Positions 9,797-19,075 of a stretch of 64,000 nt of DNA are shown here, in pieces. The stretch's first letter is position 1. Each line of letters starts with the position of its first letter. The notes under the pieces were generated by a model. It was given only the letters and a program-made list of their open reading frames with translations, had not been told where the DNA came from and did not search any database. The translations under genes were made by a program, and so were the position numbers. Source of the DNA: Pseudomonadota bacterium (GTDB lineage Bacteria > Bdellovibrionota_B > Oligoflexia > Silvanigrellales > Silvanigrellaceae); NCBI GenBank assembly GCA_039799905.1, contig JBDLRP010000021.1, forward strand, positions 160,001-224,000, read 5' to 3'.

Positions 9797-9837
9797 GGCA
9801 GGAGTATGTGTTCCCGTAAGGGGATTGCGCTCCTGCC
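9797..9837 (+). other. Intergenic stem-loop capped by a GNRA tetraloop
   Basis: Outer stem GGCAGGAG/CTCCTGCC; inner TTCCC-GTAA-GGGGA; no U-tract. Confidence 0.55.
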
Positions 9838-9906
9838 ATTGCCTATGTCACCAATCTAAAGCGTATTGCACACCCGCAAGATTGCCTGACAGCTGCGCAA
9901 AGGAGA

Positions 9907-10104
9907 ATGACCATGCGCAAAAAACCCCGAAAGATTGCCGCCCGCAAAAGAAGAAAACGCGAGCGCTACACGGACGACGAAACGACCGGATCCGATTCGC
10001 TGGAAAAACTGCCGCCCATCGACCGTCGGGACATACCGTCGCCCAATGACCCCGGAGTTGCGCATTGTCCGAAAACCATGAACTTGAATTGCTCAATCGC
10101 ATAG
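9907..10104 (+). CDS. Small basic hypothetical protein (Lys/Arg-rich N-terminus)
   Basis: AAGGAG immediately upstream; RKKPRKIAARKRRKRER; overlaps the next ORF by 40 nt. Confidence 0.4.
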   Translation: MTMRKKPRKIAARKRRKRERYTDDETTGSDSLEKLPPIDRRDIPSPNDPGVAHCPKTMNLNCSIA

Positions 10105-10310
10105 AGGTCAGAGACCAACGGAATTGCCCGTGCGGGCATGATTTCCGCGACCACATGGTCAGCCAGGTCGGAGAATACACCCGTTGGGGATGGTTCTGGG
10201 TGCTTTTTGGAGTCACGACGGAGCCGGTGAGGGTCAGATTTGTTTGCAGACGCTGTCAGACTACGGTCGGACTGAGCGACGATCCGCGCGTATTGCGCCG
10301 CGACGTCTGA
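10065..10310 (+). CDS. Small Zn-binding membrane-associated protein (CxCxH...hydrophobic...CxxC)
   Basis: TTG start 7 nt after GGAG; CPCGH, WGWFWVLFGV, CRRC. Confidence 0.65.
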   Translation: MSENHELELLNRIEVRDQRNCPCGHDFRDHMVSQVGEYTRWGWFWVLFGVTTEPVRVRFVCRRCQTTVGLSDDPRVLRRDV

Positions 10311-10332
10311 TCTGAAGCCAAGATGCTGAGAC

Positions 10333-11868
10333 TCAGATTTTTCCTTCACGTGCTGCTGCTTTGAGCTCTTGTGCGCGCGCCCTGATTTGCTCCTGCTCGG
10401 CCGGAGTCTTCTTGTTCCAAACGCTCCACATCATTCCCATCCGGCGTGCAAACGAAGGTCTGCTCACTTTCAACTTCTGAGTCTCGTCGATGAAGCTCCA
10501 ATAAAGTGCATTGAACGGACACGCCCTGTCGCCAAGAGTCTGCTTGGGATCGTAACTACAAGAATGACAATAATTGCTCATTTTATTTATGTAGTTTGCA
10601 CCTGATACGTATGGTTTTGTAGCAAAGACACCGCCATCTGCGAACTGGCTCATGCCCAAGACATTGGGACTGACGACCCACTCATATGCATCCAGATAGA
10701 CAGACCAGAACCATTTGTTGACTTCATGCGGATTGGTGCTTGTCAGCAGGGCAAAGTTTCCCAGCACCATGAGCCGTGGAATATGGTGCGAATACGCTGT
10801 TTCCCTGACCTGCCGCACCACCGTCGACAAACAATTGAGCTTGCTTGGTGCGCCCCAGTAAAGCGGAGGTAGTGTCCCCGCAAAACCAAAAAAGTTGCTT
10901 TCTACGTATTCTTTACGATGGCGGATATAAATAAGCCTGACGAATTCCCGCCAGCCAATAACCTGCCGTATGAAACCTTCACGCGACGACATTTCGACTT
11001 TTGCTGGAGCAGCAGCTGCCGCATCGACAATTTCGCGCGCGGAAAGGATCTGCAGATTCATAATCGCAGACAGTCCCGAATGAAATAAACCGACGGATTG
11101 TTCAAGCATGGCGTCTTCATATGGACCGAATTTTTCCAAACTTCGCGCGACAAAATTTTGCAAAAATTTTCGCGCTGAAGCTCTATGAGTCGGCAAAGGC
11201 GGAATCTCAAAATCCCCGAAGCGATCGGACGGCAGGTGATTTTTAAGCATCCGAGAAACTTCGTCGTAGATCGTGCGATCGGTGTCATCCAGCCAGTTTT
11301 CACTGAAAAAATCGGCGGGCGGACTTTGCTCCCAACGCTTGTCAGGGGCAAGGCGGTTGTCTTTGTCGAAATTCCATTGCCCGCCGGCTGGCTCTCCGTC
11401 CTCCATAAGAACATCCAGCCTGACTCTCATTTTGCGGTAAAAATTTTCCATCAGATAAGGCGGCTTCGCCGGCAAAAGTGAATCATCGGCAAGGAAGAAA
11501 GGATTGGCATGAAGAACAATCTTTGCCTCAAGACCCGCCGAAATCCACTCCAGAGCGCGCGGTTCTGAAGGCTCGACCAGATGAATCTCTGACGCTTTTT
11601 GGTCGTTCAACACCGAGGTGAACGACTCATCCGAACCCGAAACGTAAACAAACGGCCGCTGCGGATCAGATTTTTGCAATTCGTGCGAAAAACGACGCAT
11701 GCAGGCAAAGACGTAGAGCAGCTTTTGCGGATGATATGGCAGCCAATCCGCGCGCGGCAATGATTCAATCATCATCAGAGTTTCATTCTTCTGCCAACTT
11801 TTTCTGCGCAGAAACGGATGATCTTCACTGAGCTGATCTCCGAGAATCAAAAATATTTTTTTATCCAT
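10333..11868 (-). CDS. Fe-S bacterial cryptochrome/photolyase (PhrB-type (6-4) photolyase family)
   Basis: LILGDQL, HPQKL, MENFYR.MR, GGQWNFDKDNR, EGFIRQVIGWREF, YSHHIPRLM, DAYEWV, TKPYVSGANYINKMS. Four Fe-S Cys (LNCL, YCHSC, ACPF). ATG at 11868 with GGGAG SD. Confidence 0.92.
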   Translation of the reverse strand: MDKKIFLILGDQLSEDHPFLRRKSWQKNETLMMIESLPRADWLPYHPQKLLYVFACMRRFSHELQKSDPQRPFVYVSGSDESFTSVLNDQKASEIHLVEPSEPRALEWISAGLEAKIVLHANPFFLADDSLLPAKPPYLMENFYRKMRVRLDVLMEDGEPAGGQWNFDKDNRLAPDKRWEQSPPADFFSENWLDDTDRTIYDEVSRMLKNHLPSDRFGDFEIPPLPTHRASARKFLQNFVARSLEKFGPYEDAMLEQSVGLFHSGLSAIMNLQILSAREIVDAAAAAPAKVEMSSREGFIRQVIGWREFVRLIYIRHRKEYVESNFFGFAGTLPPLYWGAPSKLNCLSTVVRQVRETAYSHHIPRLMVLGNFALLTSTNPHEVNKWFWSVYLDAYEWVVSPNVLGMSQFADGGVFATKPYVSGANYINKMSNYCHSCSYDPKQTLGDRACPFNALYWSFIDETQKLKVSRPSFARRMGMMWSVWNKKTPAEQEQIRARAQELKAAAREGKI

Positions 11869-12034
11869 CGCGAACTCCCTCTGCGGCAATTCATTTTCAG
11901 ACCAATATCCTCACAGATTCATCCATTAATGAAAGGTAAAGCCTCTCTGATGGCGGACATTTAACCTCAGTCGTAGCATGCGGACTGTGACTGAAAATAT
12001 CCGCACGACCGATCAAAATGAGGAGGACTCACAT

Positions 12035-12442
12035 ATGACAAGCGAACAGGAAGCAACTGAACACAAATCGGAAGATTCTCCAAAACGCCCTGCGGGAAAA
12101 ATGACCGTTGAGGAGGCCGGCAGACGCGGAGGCGTACGAACGGCGCAAACACGCGGGCACGAGTTTTACCAGTCCATCGGCCGCAAGGGTGGCGAGGTTG
12201 TCAGCAAGGACCGACAGCATATGTCCTCGATTGGCCGAAAAGGCGGTGAGGCGGTGAGTCGCGACAGAGCGCACATGGCGCAAATCGGGCAAAAGGGGGG
12301 AGAGGCGCGGAGCAAGCATTACAAAGCTCTTCAGATGGAAAAAAAGAAACAACAGAGTCCTATTTCTGGCCAGACAACCAGCGAATCTCCCGATGCTACA
12401 GGCTTCAGCAAGAGCAGTTCAGAACAAGAAAAGGCTGGCTGA
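12035..12442 (+). CDS. KGG-repeat general stress protein (GsiB/YciG/Em-like)
   Basis: MTVEEAGRRGG, HEFYQSIGRKGG, HMSSIGRKGG, HMAQIGQKGG repeats; ATG at 12035 after GAGGAGG. Confidence 0.88.
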   Translation: MTSEQEATEHKSEDSPKRPAGKMTVEEAGRRGGVRTAQTRGHEFYQSIGRKGGEVVSKDRQHMSSIGRKGGEAVSRDRAHMAQIGQKGGEARSKHYKALQMEKKKQQSPISGQTTSESPDATGFSKSSSEQEKAG

Positions 12443-12645
12443 CGTAGGTTTGACACGGGTGCCCAGCCTTCGTGCGATCAGTGCCATTTTAAGGACTTTC
12501 CCGGTCGCAGAGCAGATTCTGCGACGGCTTTGAGTTTTGCAGTTTTTCCGCCTTTGCGTTAAGTTCCAGCGCGGTCGGCGGCCACTTTTTTGCTGCCCTC
12601 CGCAAAGAACAGACGGACAACCGGCAAAGGTGGAGATTTTCTCTC

Positions 12646-15600
12646 ATGGCGACTGCAGCAACTCCTTCGAAGGCATGGCTCAGCGAAGTTGAGCTTCTCG
12701 ATACGACTCTCGAAAAACCAGACCTCAGCACTTCGGCACTCGCAAAGTCTGTGACGGACGCTGCAAGTGCCAATGGCGTGCAAAGCGCAATTCAGCAGGA
12801 CCTGATGACCACTCTGCGTGCCGGTCTCGATACGGCAGTTCCATGGTTCCTGAGCCAGATGCCACCTCTTTACCAATGGATCACACCCCGTGAAGAAAGA
12901 CTCGAACACCTGACCGAAATCGTGTCCGGAAAAGTACTCTCACACGGTCAGGAAGTTGAGCGCTGGAACAGCCAAACTCAAAGCTCCACGATTATCGCCG
13001 GCGGCGACAACGGCAACGCCGCGCTCACACTGGCTCCGCGCCTCGGTCGGGTTCAGGCGAAATTCGTGTCGTATTTCCTGTCGCTGGACAAGCGCGTCGC
13101 CGTCTGTTCAACAGTTCAATCCGCGTACAAAATGGGTGCAAACTGGAGCAGCGCCGACAAGCAGCAAGAAAAGACCTCCATTTTGCAAATGCTCTCGCTG
13201 AAGCCGTCGGCAGAGGTAGAAAACTATCTCAACTCGATTGACGCCGACCTGCTCGACCGCACAACCGCAAAGATGCTCGCAATTGGTTTCTCTGCAGTGA
13301 AATATTGTCAGGAGAATGAAAACGCGTACGTCAATCTAACCACGCTTGATGAACCGAACGACGTGAGTTTCCGCGTCGACATCGGACTTAAGGGCTTTCC
13401 GCTGACAGCAGGGCTCGAAAACGTTGTCGGAATTCTCAACCGCTATAACTTCAATGTGCGCCGCTCACTCGGTTTTGAAGTCAAATATGCGGACGGCCAG
13501 CAATTCGCCATCCTGCAGTTGGTGGCAGCGGCTAACTCGGGCGAAAAAGTGAACCCGAACGCAACACCGTGGGGCCGTGTGCTGAAAGCACTCAAGGCAC
13601 TCAACTATGTGGACCACGGCGATGAATTTTCATCGCTGATGCAAGGCAGCAACCCACGCAGCCTGAATGAGTCCAACCTCATCCGCGCGATTGCAAATTG
13701 GTCACACATCTTCCTGACCAAAGTGAATCCCTACTACTACGCCCTCGACCGTGTCTCGAAAATCATCGTTCGCAATGATGCATATATGGAACAATGCATC
13801 CGCTATTTCCGTGCACGTTTTGATCCTCGATTTGACGGCGACCGCAAGAACCGCGCGGCCGAAACCTCACGCATCATCGAAGGAATGCTGGTCGATGTTC
13901 AGGACGACGTGGAAAGAAACATCCTCCGCGAAGGTTTCAACTTCATCCAGAACATCCTCAAGACGAACTACTTCCTTGTTTCCAAAGGCGGCCTTTCTTT
14001 CCGTGTCGACCCCAAGTGCCTGAACAAGGAATTCTATCCTGACGCGCCCTACGGGATATTTTACATGATTGGCCGCGACTTCCGCGGCTTCCAAGTTCGC
14101 TATCGCGACATCGCACGCGGCGGCGTGCGCGTTGTGATGCCACGCAACGCGGCGGACTACGACAACGCACTCGCAGGCGTCTTTGATGAAGTGAACGGCC
14201 TGGCGTCTGCGCAGCAGATGAAGAACAAGGACATTCCCGAGGGCGGTTCGAAAGCCGTTCTTGTCGTGCGTCCCGGCGGCAACCGCCATCTTGCAGTCAA
14301 AGCCGCTGTCTCGGGTCTTCTTGACCTCATTACGCTCGATGCCAAAACTGGCAAACTGGCTGACGGAATCATCGACTACTTCGGGCAGGAAGAGATCATT
14401 TATCTTGGCCCTGACGAAAACATGACCGATGACCTCATCGTCTGGGTCATCGAACACGCGCTTTACCGCGGCTACAAGTACGCTTATGCGTTCATGTCCA
14501 GCAAGCCCGACTTCGGTATCAACCACAAGACCTACGGTGTGACGTCCGAAGGACTCAACGTTTATCTCGACAACGTGCTGCACTACCTCAAGCTCAACTC
14601 TCCGCAGTCGACGTTCCGAGTGAAAATGACCGGCGGCCCCGATGGCGACGTGGCAGGGAACGAACTCAAGATTCTTCACCGCGAGTATGGTGAACGTGCA
14701 CGCGTTGTTGCAGTTGGGGACGGGTTCGGAGCGGCGTTTGATCCCAACGGCCTCAGCTGGGAAGAACTCCTCAGGCTGGTCCGTGAAAACAAGTCGATCG
14801 TTGAGTTCAGTAAGGCAAAGCTGAGCGGAGACGCGAAGGCATTCGTCATCTCAGCTGATTCCAAGGAAAACATAAAAGTCCGAGACAATCTTTATGCCAA
14901 CGTCGAAGCGGAAATCTTCATTCCCGCCGGCGGACGCCCCTACACCGTCAAAGACTCAAACTGGCAGCGCTATTTGAAGGCTGACGGCAGCCCAAGTTCT
15001 CTGGCGATTGTCGAAGGCGCCAACATCTTCTTCACCGCAGATGCCCGCAAGAAACTCGTGCAAAGCGGCGTTGTCGTGATCAAGGACAGCTCGGCCAACA
15101 AGACAGGTGTGATTTGCTCGTCGTACGAAATTATTGCCTGCCTGACTCTGTCACCTGAAGAGTTCGCCGCCATCAAGACCACCTATGTGGATCAGGTTGT
15201 GCAAATTCTTCGTGAAAAAGCCGACAAAGAAGCAAAACTCTTGTTCAGGGAATGGATGCTGCGTGCAAGTGAAACCAACCTTGTCGACTTGAGCTATGAG
15301 GTTTCGGCAGAGATCAACAAGGCGAAGGATATCACCCGCGAACGGCTCAACCGTCTGTCAGACGCCGAGCTTTCGGCAGAGCGTTTCAACTTTATTTTGT
15401 ACCAACACTGCCCGCAGATTCTCGTCGAAAAATATCGTGACAGAATTGTTTCCCGTCTGCCGCGTGCGCACAAAATCGCCATCATGAGCGCATACATGGC
15501 GAGCCACCTTATTTACAAAGAAGGGCTCTCACTGCTCGAAACTCTCGAACCGGAACAGGTCTACAAACTCGCACTCGAGTATATCGATGCGGAACAGGCC

Positions 15601-15711
15601 GTCGACCGTATGATTCTCGACGTTACCAACAGCAGCCTGCCGGAGAAGGACAAGCTCGTTGCTATTCTTCGCGGGGCCGGAGCAAAACAACTTGCATCGA
15701 GTCGCATCTGA
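12646..15711 (+). CDS. Large NAD-specific glutamate dehydrogenase (~1000-aa class)
   Basis: RDIARGGVR, QQMKNKDIPEGGSK, YLGPDEN, GINHKTYGVTS, GGPDGDVAGN, PAGGRP, EGANIF, KDSSANKTGVICSSYE. Confidence 0.92.
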   Translation: MATAATPSKAWLSEVELLDTTLEKPDLSTSALAKSVTDAASANGVQSAIQQDLMTTLRAGLDTAVPWFLSQMPPLYQWITPREERLEHLTEIVSGKVLSHGQEVERWNSQTQSSTIIAGGDNGNAALTLAPRLGRVQAKFVSYFLSLDKRVAVCSTVQSAYKMGANWSSADKQQEKTSILQMLSLKPSAEVENYLNSIDADLLDRTTAKMLAIGFSAVKYCQENENAYVNLTTLDEPNDVSFRVDIGLKGFPLTAGLENVVGILNRYNFNVRRSLGFEVKYADGQQFAILQLVAAANSGEKVNPNATPWGRVLKALKALNYVDHGDEFSSLMQGSNPRSLNESNLIRAIANWSHIFLTKVNPYYYALDRVSKIIVRNDAYMEQCIRYFRARFDPRFDGDRKNRAAETSRIIEGMLVDVQDDVERNILREGFNFIQNILKTNYFLVSKGGLSFRVDPKCLNKEFYPDAPYGIFYMIGRDFRGFQVRYRDIARGGVRVVMPRNAADYDNALAGVFDEVNGLASAQQMKNKDIPEGGSKAVLVVRPGGNRHLAVKAAVSGLLDLITLDAKTGKLADGIIDYFGQEEIIYLGPDENMTDDLIVWVIEHALYRGYKYAYAFMSSKPDFGINHKTYGVTSEGLNVYLDNVLHYLKLNSPQSTFRVKMTGGPDGDVAGNELKILHREYGERARVVAVGDGFGAAFDPNGLSWEELLRLVRENKSIVEFSKAKLSGDAKAFVISADSKENIKVRDNLYANVEAEIFIPAGGRPYTVKDSNWQRYLKADGSPSSLAIVEGANIFFTADARKKLVQSGVVVIKDSSANKTGVICSSYEIIACLTLSPEEFAAIKTTYVDQVVQILREKADKEAKLLFREWMLRASETNLVDLSYEVSAEINKAKDITRERLNRLSDAELSAERFNFILYQHCPQILVEKYRDRIVSRLPRAHKIAIMSAYMASHLIYKEGLSLLETLEPEQVYKLALEYIDAEQAVDRMILDVTNSSLPEKDKLVAILRGAGAKQLASSRI

Positions 15712-15713
15712 AA

Positions 15714-16790
15714 ATGATGCAAACCTCTGCTGACGTCCGTCGCCGTCTGTTTTTTTTGGCATCTGTGTTTGCCACGCTCTGGGTCCTGCTGCCGCTTCTC
15801 GAAGGCATTTTGCTGGGGGCGGCGCTGGCTTTCTTGAGCGAGCCAGTCAAAAGAAAATTGGACGCGGTCTTTCATTCCAGAGGCAACGTTCACCGTTCGG
15901 CTGTGATTTCGGTTGTGACGGTGGCTCTGATTTCGGTGGTCTTCCTGTTTCCATTCTTGGCCGTGGTGATTGGCGCACTGCAAAGGATTTCGGCAAGTCT
16001 GGGCCTGCTGGCATCGACAGATGCAACATCATTGCTCGACAATGTTTTGAACAAAGGCAGAGAGCTCATAAAACTGCTGCCATTTGATGTGGACCCGCAA
16101 CAAATCACATCGCTCCTTTCCGAAGGTGTTCAAAAGGCCATCACTTGGCTGGCACAAAACACCGGCCGCTGGCTTGCCGAACTCCCCTCGGCTGTTTTCA
16201 CTTCCACGCTTGCGGTGATCAGCTGGGGGTATTTTCTCGCTTTCGGGCGCAGACTGAGAATCTCAATTTTACGATTCATTTTCCCATGGCCCGATGAACG
16301 CGCACTGCTTCGTTTCACATTTTCGAACCTGATCCGCTCGCTCGTGATTGCGAACATCTTTGTGTCGCTCATTCAGGCTATCATTATCGGCGTCTTTCTC
16401 GGATTCACGGGAGTGCCCCACCTGCTGCTCTGGACGTCGGCGGCATTTTTTCTTTCCTTTATTCCTGTTATCGGCACTGCACCCATCACCTTGGGCAGCG
16501 CCCTGTGGTGCTGGACCGTGGCCGGACGGCAGGACCTGGCGATTGCCATGCTGGTTTGCGCCTTAATCGCAGGAACATCCGACAATTTCATACGGCCGCT
16601 GGTTGCGCGTGGTGCCGGTGATCTCAATCCATTCTGGCTGTTTTTGGCCATGATGGGTGGCTTGGCGCAATTCGGCGCGGCAGGATTCATCCTTGGTCCG
16701 TTCGCCCTTGCAATGACGGTCGCTTCCGGAACTGCTCTGCGGATGGCTCTCAAAAGGAAAGAGAACAAAGGTCAGACATGCGAAACCTGA
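15714..16790 (+). CDS. AI-2E (PerM) family transporter
   Basis: Multi-TM protein; FIPVIG, SDNFIRP, GGLAQFGAAGFILGP motifs. Confidence 0.85.
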   Translation: MMQTSADVRRRLFFLASVFATLWVLLPLLEGILLGAALAFLSEPVKRKLDAVFHSRGNVHRSAVISVVTVALISVVFLFPFLAVVIGALQRISASLGLLASTDATSLLDNVLNKGRELIKLLPFDVDPQQITSLLSEGVQKAITWLAQNTGRWLAELPSAVFTSTLAVISWGYFLAFGRRLRISILRFIFPWPDERALLRFTFSNLIRSLVIANIFVSLIQAIIIGVFLGFTGVPHLLLWTSAAFFLSFIPVIGTAPITLGSALWCWTVAGRQDLAIAMLVCALIAGTSDNFIRPLVARGAGDLNPFWLFLAMMGGLAQFGAAGFILGPFALAMTVASGTALRMALKRKENKGQTCET

Positions 16791-18535
16791 GAGAATTTAT
16801 TTCGGCACTGCGTGCCCGTGGAGAGGTCCAGGACATCGAGACACAGGTGGACCCCAACCTTGAACTCGCCGAAATTCACCGACGTGTCATTGAAAACAAT
16901 GGCAAGGTGCTGTTTTTCCGCAACGTGAAAGGCAGTCCGTTTCCGGTTGTGACGAATCTTTTTGGCAACGTTTCGCGCATTGAGCTGGCCTTCGGAAACC
17001 GTCCTGAGAAGTTTGTACAGCGCGCTGCTGATTTGGTTCACCACGCACTGCCGCCAAAATTGAGTACATTTTGGGGTGCGCGCGACCTCGCATTCGACGC
17101 ACTGAAAATCGGTTTGAAATCAAAACGCAAAGGGCCAGTGTTTGAAGTCGAAAGTCCGCTGATTGCCGGACGGGGTCTCGATGAACTGCCTGCACTTGTG
17201 CAGTGGCCCGAGGACGGCGGCCGTTTTGTGACCCTGCCGCTGGTCTACACCCAGCACCCGCAATCTGGTAAACACAACTTAGGTATGTACCGCATACATA
17301 TCTATGACGAAAAAACGACTGGTATGCACTGGCAGATTCACAAGGGCGGCGGGTTTCATTACGCAGCTGCTCAGGCACAGAATCAGAGTCTGCCGGTGAA
17401 TCTGTTGATTGGCGGACCACCCGCCCTCATGCTTTCTGCCATCGCGCCGCTGCCCGAGGACATCCCCGAATTGATGCTGTGCAGCCTGCTGCTCGGTGAG
17501 AAACTTCCGATGAGCAAGCGCGACGATCTTCCTTATCCGGTCGTGAGCGAAGCCGAATTCGCAATTATCGGAGAAGTTCCGCCGCACGAGCGCAGGCCGG
17601 AAGGTCCATTCGGCGATCACTATGGTTACTATTCACTCGCGCATCCTTACCCCGTGTTTAACGTGAAGAGAATGTTCCACAGAAAGGATGCTATTTACCC
17701 GGCAACCGTCGTCGGCAAGCCACGGCAGGAAGACTTCTACATTGGAGACTACCTGCAGAAGCTTCTTTCGCCGTTGTTTCCAATCGTCATGCCGAGCGTT
17801 ATTGAGCTTAAAACATATGGCGAAACGGGTTTTCATGCACTCGCCGCAGCGCGGGTCAAAGACCGTTACGAGAGAGAGGCAATCGCAAGCGGCTTGAGGA
17901 TTCTTGGTGAAGGTCAGCTCTCATTACAAAAATTCCTGATGCTGACCGATGGCCAGGTTGACCTCAACAATTTTCGCGAAACTCTGGTTTATTTTCTGGA
18001 AAGAACCAATTGGGAAAAAGATCTTTTTGTCATCAGCAATGTCAGTCAGGACACGCTTGACTACAGCGGCCCCAAGGTCAACGAAGGAAGCAAGGGGATC
18101 TGGCTTGCACTCGGCCAGCCGCGCCGCGAATTGAACGGACAGCCTCCGACTGCATTGCCGTCGGGAGTGCGTGACGCAAAGGTCTTTGTCAAAGGGTGTC
18201 TTGTGATCAGCGGTCCCGCTTACAAAGATTCACCCAATTTCATCAGTGAAATATGCAATCACCCGGGCTTTGCGCCCTACGAACTGATTTTGCTTGTGGA
18301 CGACGTTGCAGAGGCGACCGAGAACGAAGAAAAGTTCCTCTGGAGCTGGTTCACGCGCTTTGAGCCCGCCGCCGACATCTACGCTGCAAAAATGTCGCAC
18401 CGCCGCTTCCACACATCGCTCGCCGCGCCAGTGTTTTTTGATAGCCGAATGAAGCCTTGGTACCCTGCAACCGTCGAACCTCATCCGGAAACTGTCAAAT
18501 TGGTTGACCGCCGTTGGAGCGAATACTTCCGATAG
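16778..18535 (+). CDS. UbiD-family prFMN decarboxylase (menaquinone/futalosine pathway MqnL-like)
   Basis: VVTNLFG, WPEDGGRF, NLGMYR, MHWQIHKGG, EGPFGDHYGYYS, ATVVGKP, DTLDYSG. Confidence 0.9.
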   Translation: MRNLREFISALRARGEVQDIETQVDPNLELAEIHRRVIENNGKVLFFRNVKGSPFPVVTNLFGNVSRIELAFGNRPEKFVQRAADLVHHALPPKLSTFWGARDLAFDALKIGLKSKRKGPVFEVESPLIAGRGLDELPALVQWPEDGGRFVTLPLVYTQHPQSGKHNLGMYRIHIYDEKTTGMHWQIHKGGGFHYAAAQAQNQSLPVNLLIGGPPALMLSAIAPLPEDIPELMLCSLLLGEKLPMSKRDDLPYPVVSEAEFAIIGEVPPHERRPEGPFGDHYGYYSLAHPYPVFNVKRMFHRKDAIYPATVVGKPRQEDFYIGDYLQKLLSPLFPIVMPSVIELKTYGETGFHALAAARVKDRYEREAIASGLRILGEGQLSLQKFLMLTDGQVDLNNFRETLVYFLERTNWEKDLFVISNVSQDTLDYSGPKVNEGSKGIWLALGQPRRELNGQPPTALPSGVRDAKVFVKGCLVISGPAYKDSPNFISEICNHPGFAPYELILLVDDVAEATENEEKFLWSWFTRFEPAADIYAAKMSHRRFHTSLAAPVFFDSRMKPWYPATVEPHPETVKLVDRRWSEYFR

Positions 18536-18632
18536 ATTGTGAACCAGCCTGTCGCACTTCTGACCCACTGCAGAATTTGAACTCAACCGCTCTCTCCCCG
18601 TCTGTCATCCTCGGACGGGGGGCGTCGCACTC

Positions 18633-19073
18633 ATGAACCCGCATTCGCTCGAGACCGAATATGAGTCTTTTAGTGCCTCAATGCAGGCACGGGCGAATGG
18701 ATTGACGGCTCAATGGCCGTCTTTTCAAGGATTCTGGGAGCGCTGGTGCAAGGAACACCGGATCATGGCTCACACCTTGTCTGCACGAGACGTGATCTCG
18801 CAAGTGGCACAGGGAAGTGAACCGGTGTGGAAGGATTTCTTGCAAAGACGTCAGCGGATGGTGTCTGCATTGGGTCAGGGACTCAAGCAAAGTGACACAC
18901 ATTCAACTCCATCGCGTGAAGAGCTGGCGGCTTTTCTACGCGAGCACGATTTGGGATTCATGGCGCTGCTGCAAAAGGAATTGGAGCGCGTCAAAGAGCA
19001 AATGACTCATGCGTTTACGGTGCGGAAAACGGTAAATGCATACGCACAAACGGCTCAGTACCGGAGGGAGTAG
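18633..19073 (+). CDS. FliT/FlgN-like helical hypothetical protein
   Basis: All-helical; C-terminus HDLGFMALLQKELERVKEQM...RKTVNAY resembles the FliT-type ending. Confidence 0.5.
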   Translation: MNPHSLETEYESFSASMQARANGLTAQWPSFQGFWERWCKEHRIMAHTLSARDVISQVAQGSEPVWKDFLQRRQRMVSALGQGLKQSDTHSTPSREELAAFLREHDLGFMALLQKELERVKEQMTHAFTVRKTVNAYAQTAQYRRE

Positions 19074-19075
19074 GG

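Noticed and set aside
12431..12470. AAGGCTGG/CCAGCCTT inverted repeat after the KGG gene as a terminator
   Set aside because: 24-nt loop, overlaps the stop codon and lacks a U-tract; support is too weak.
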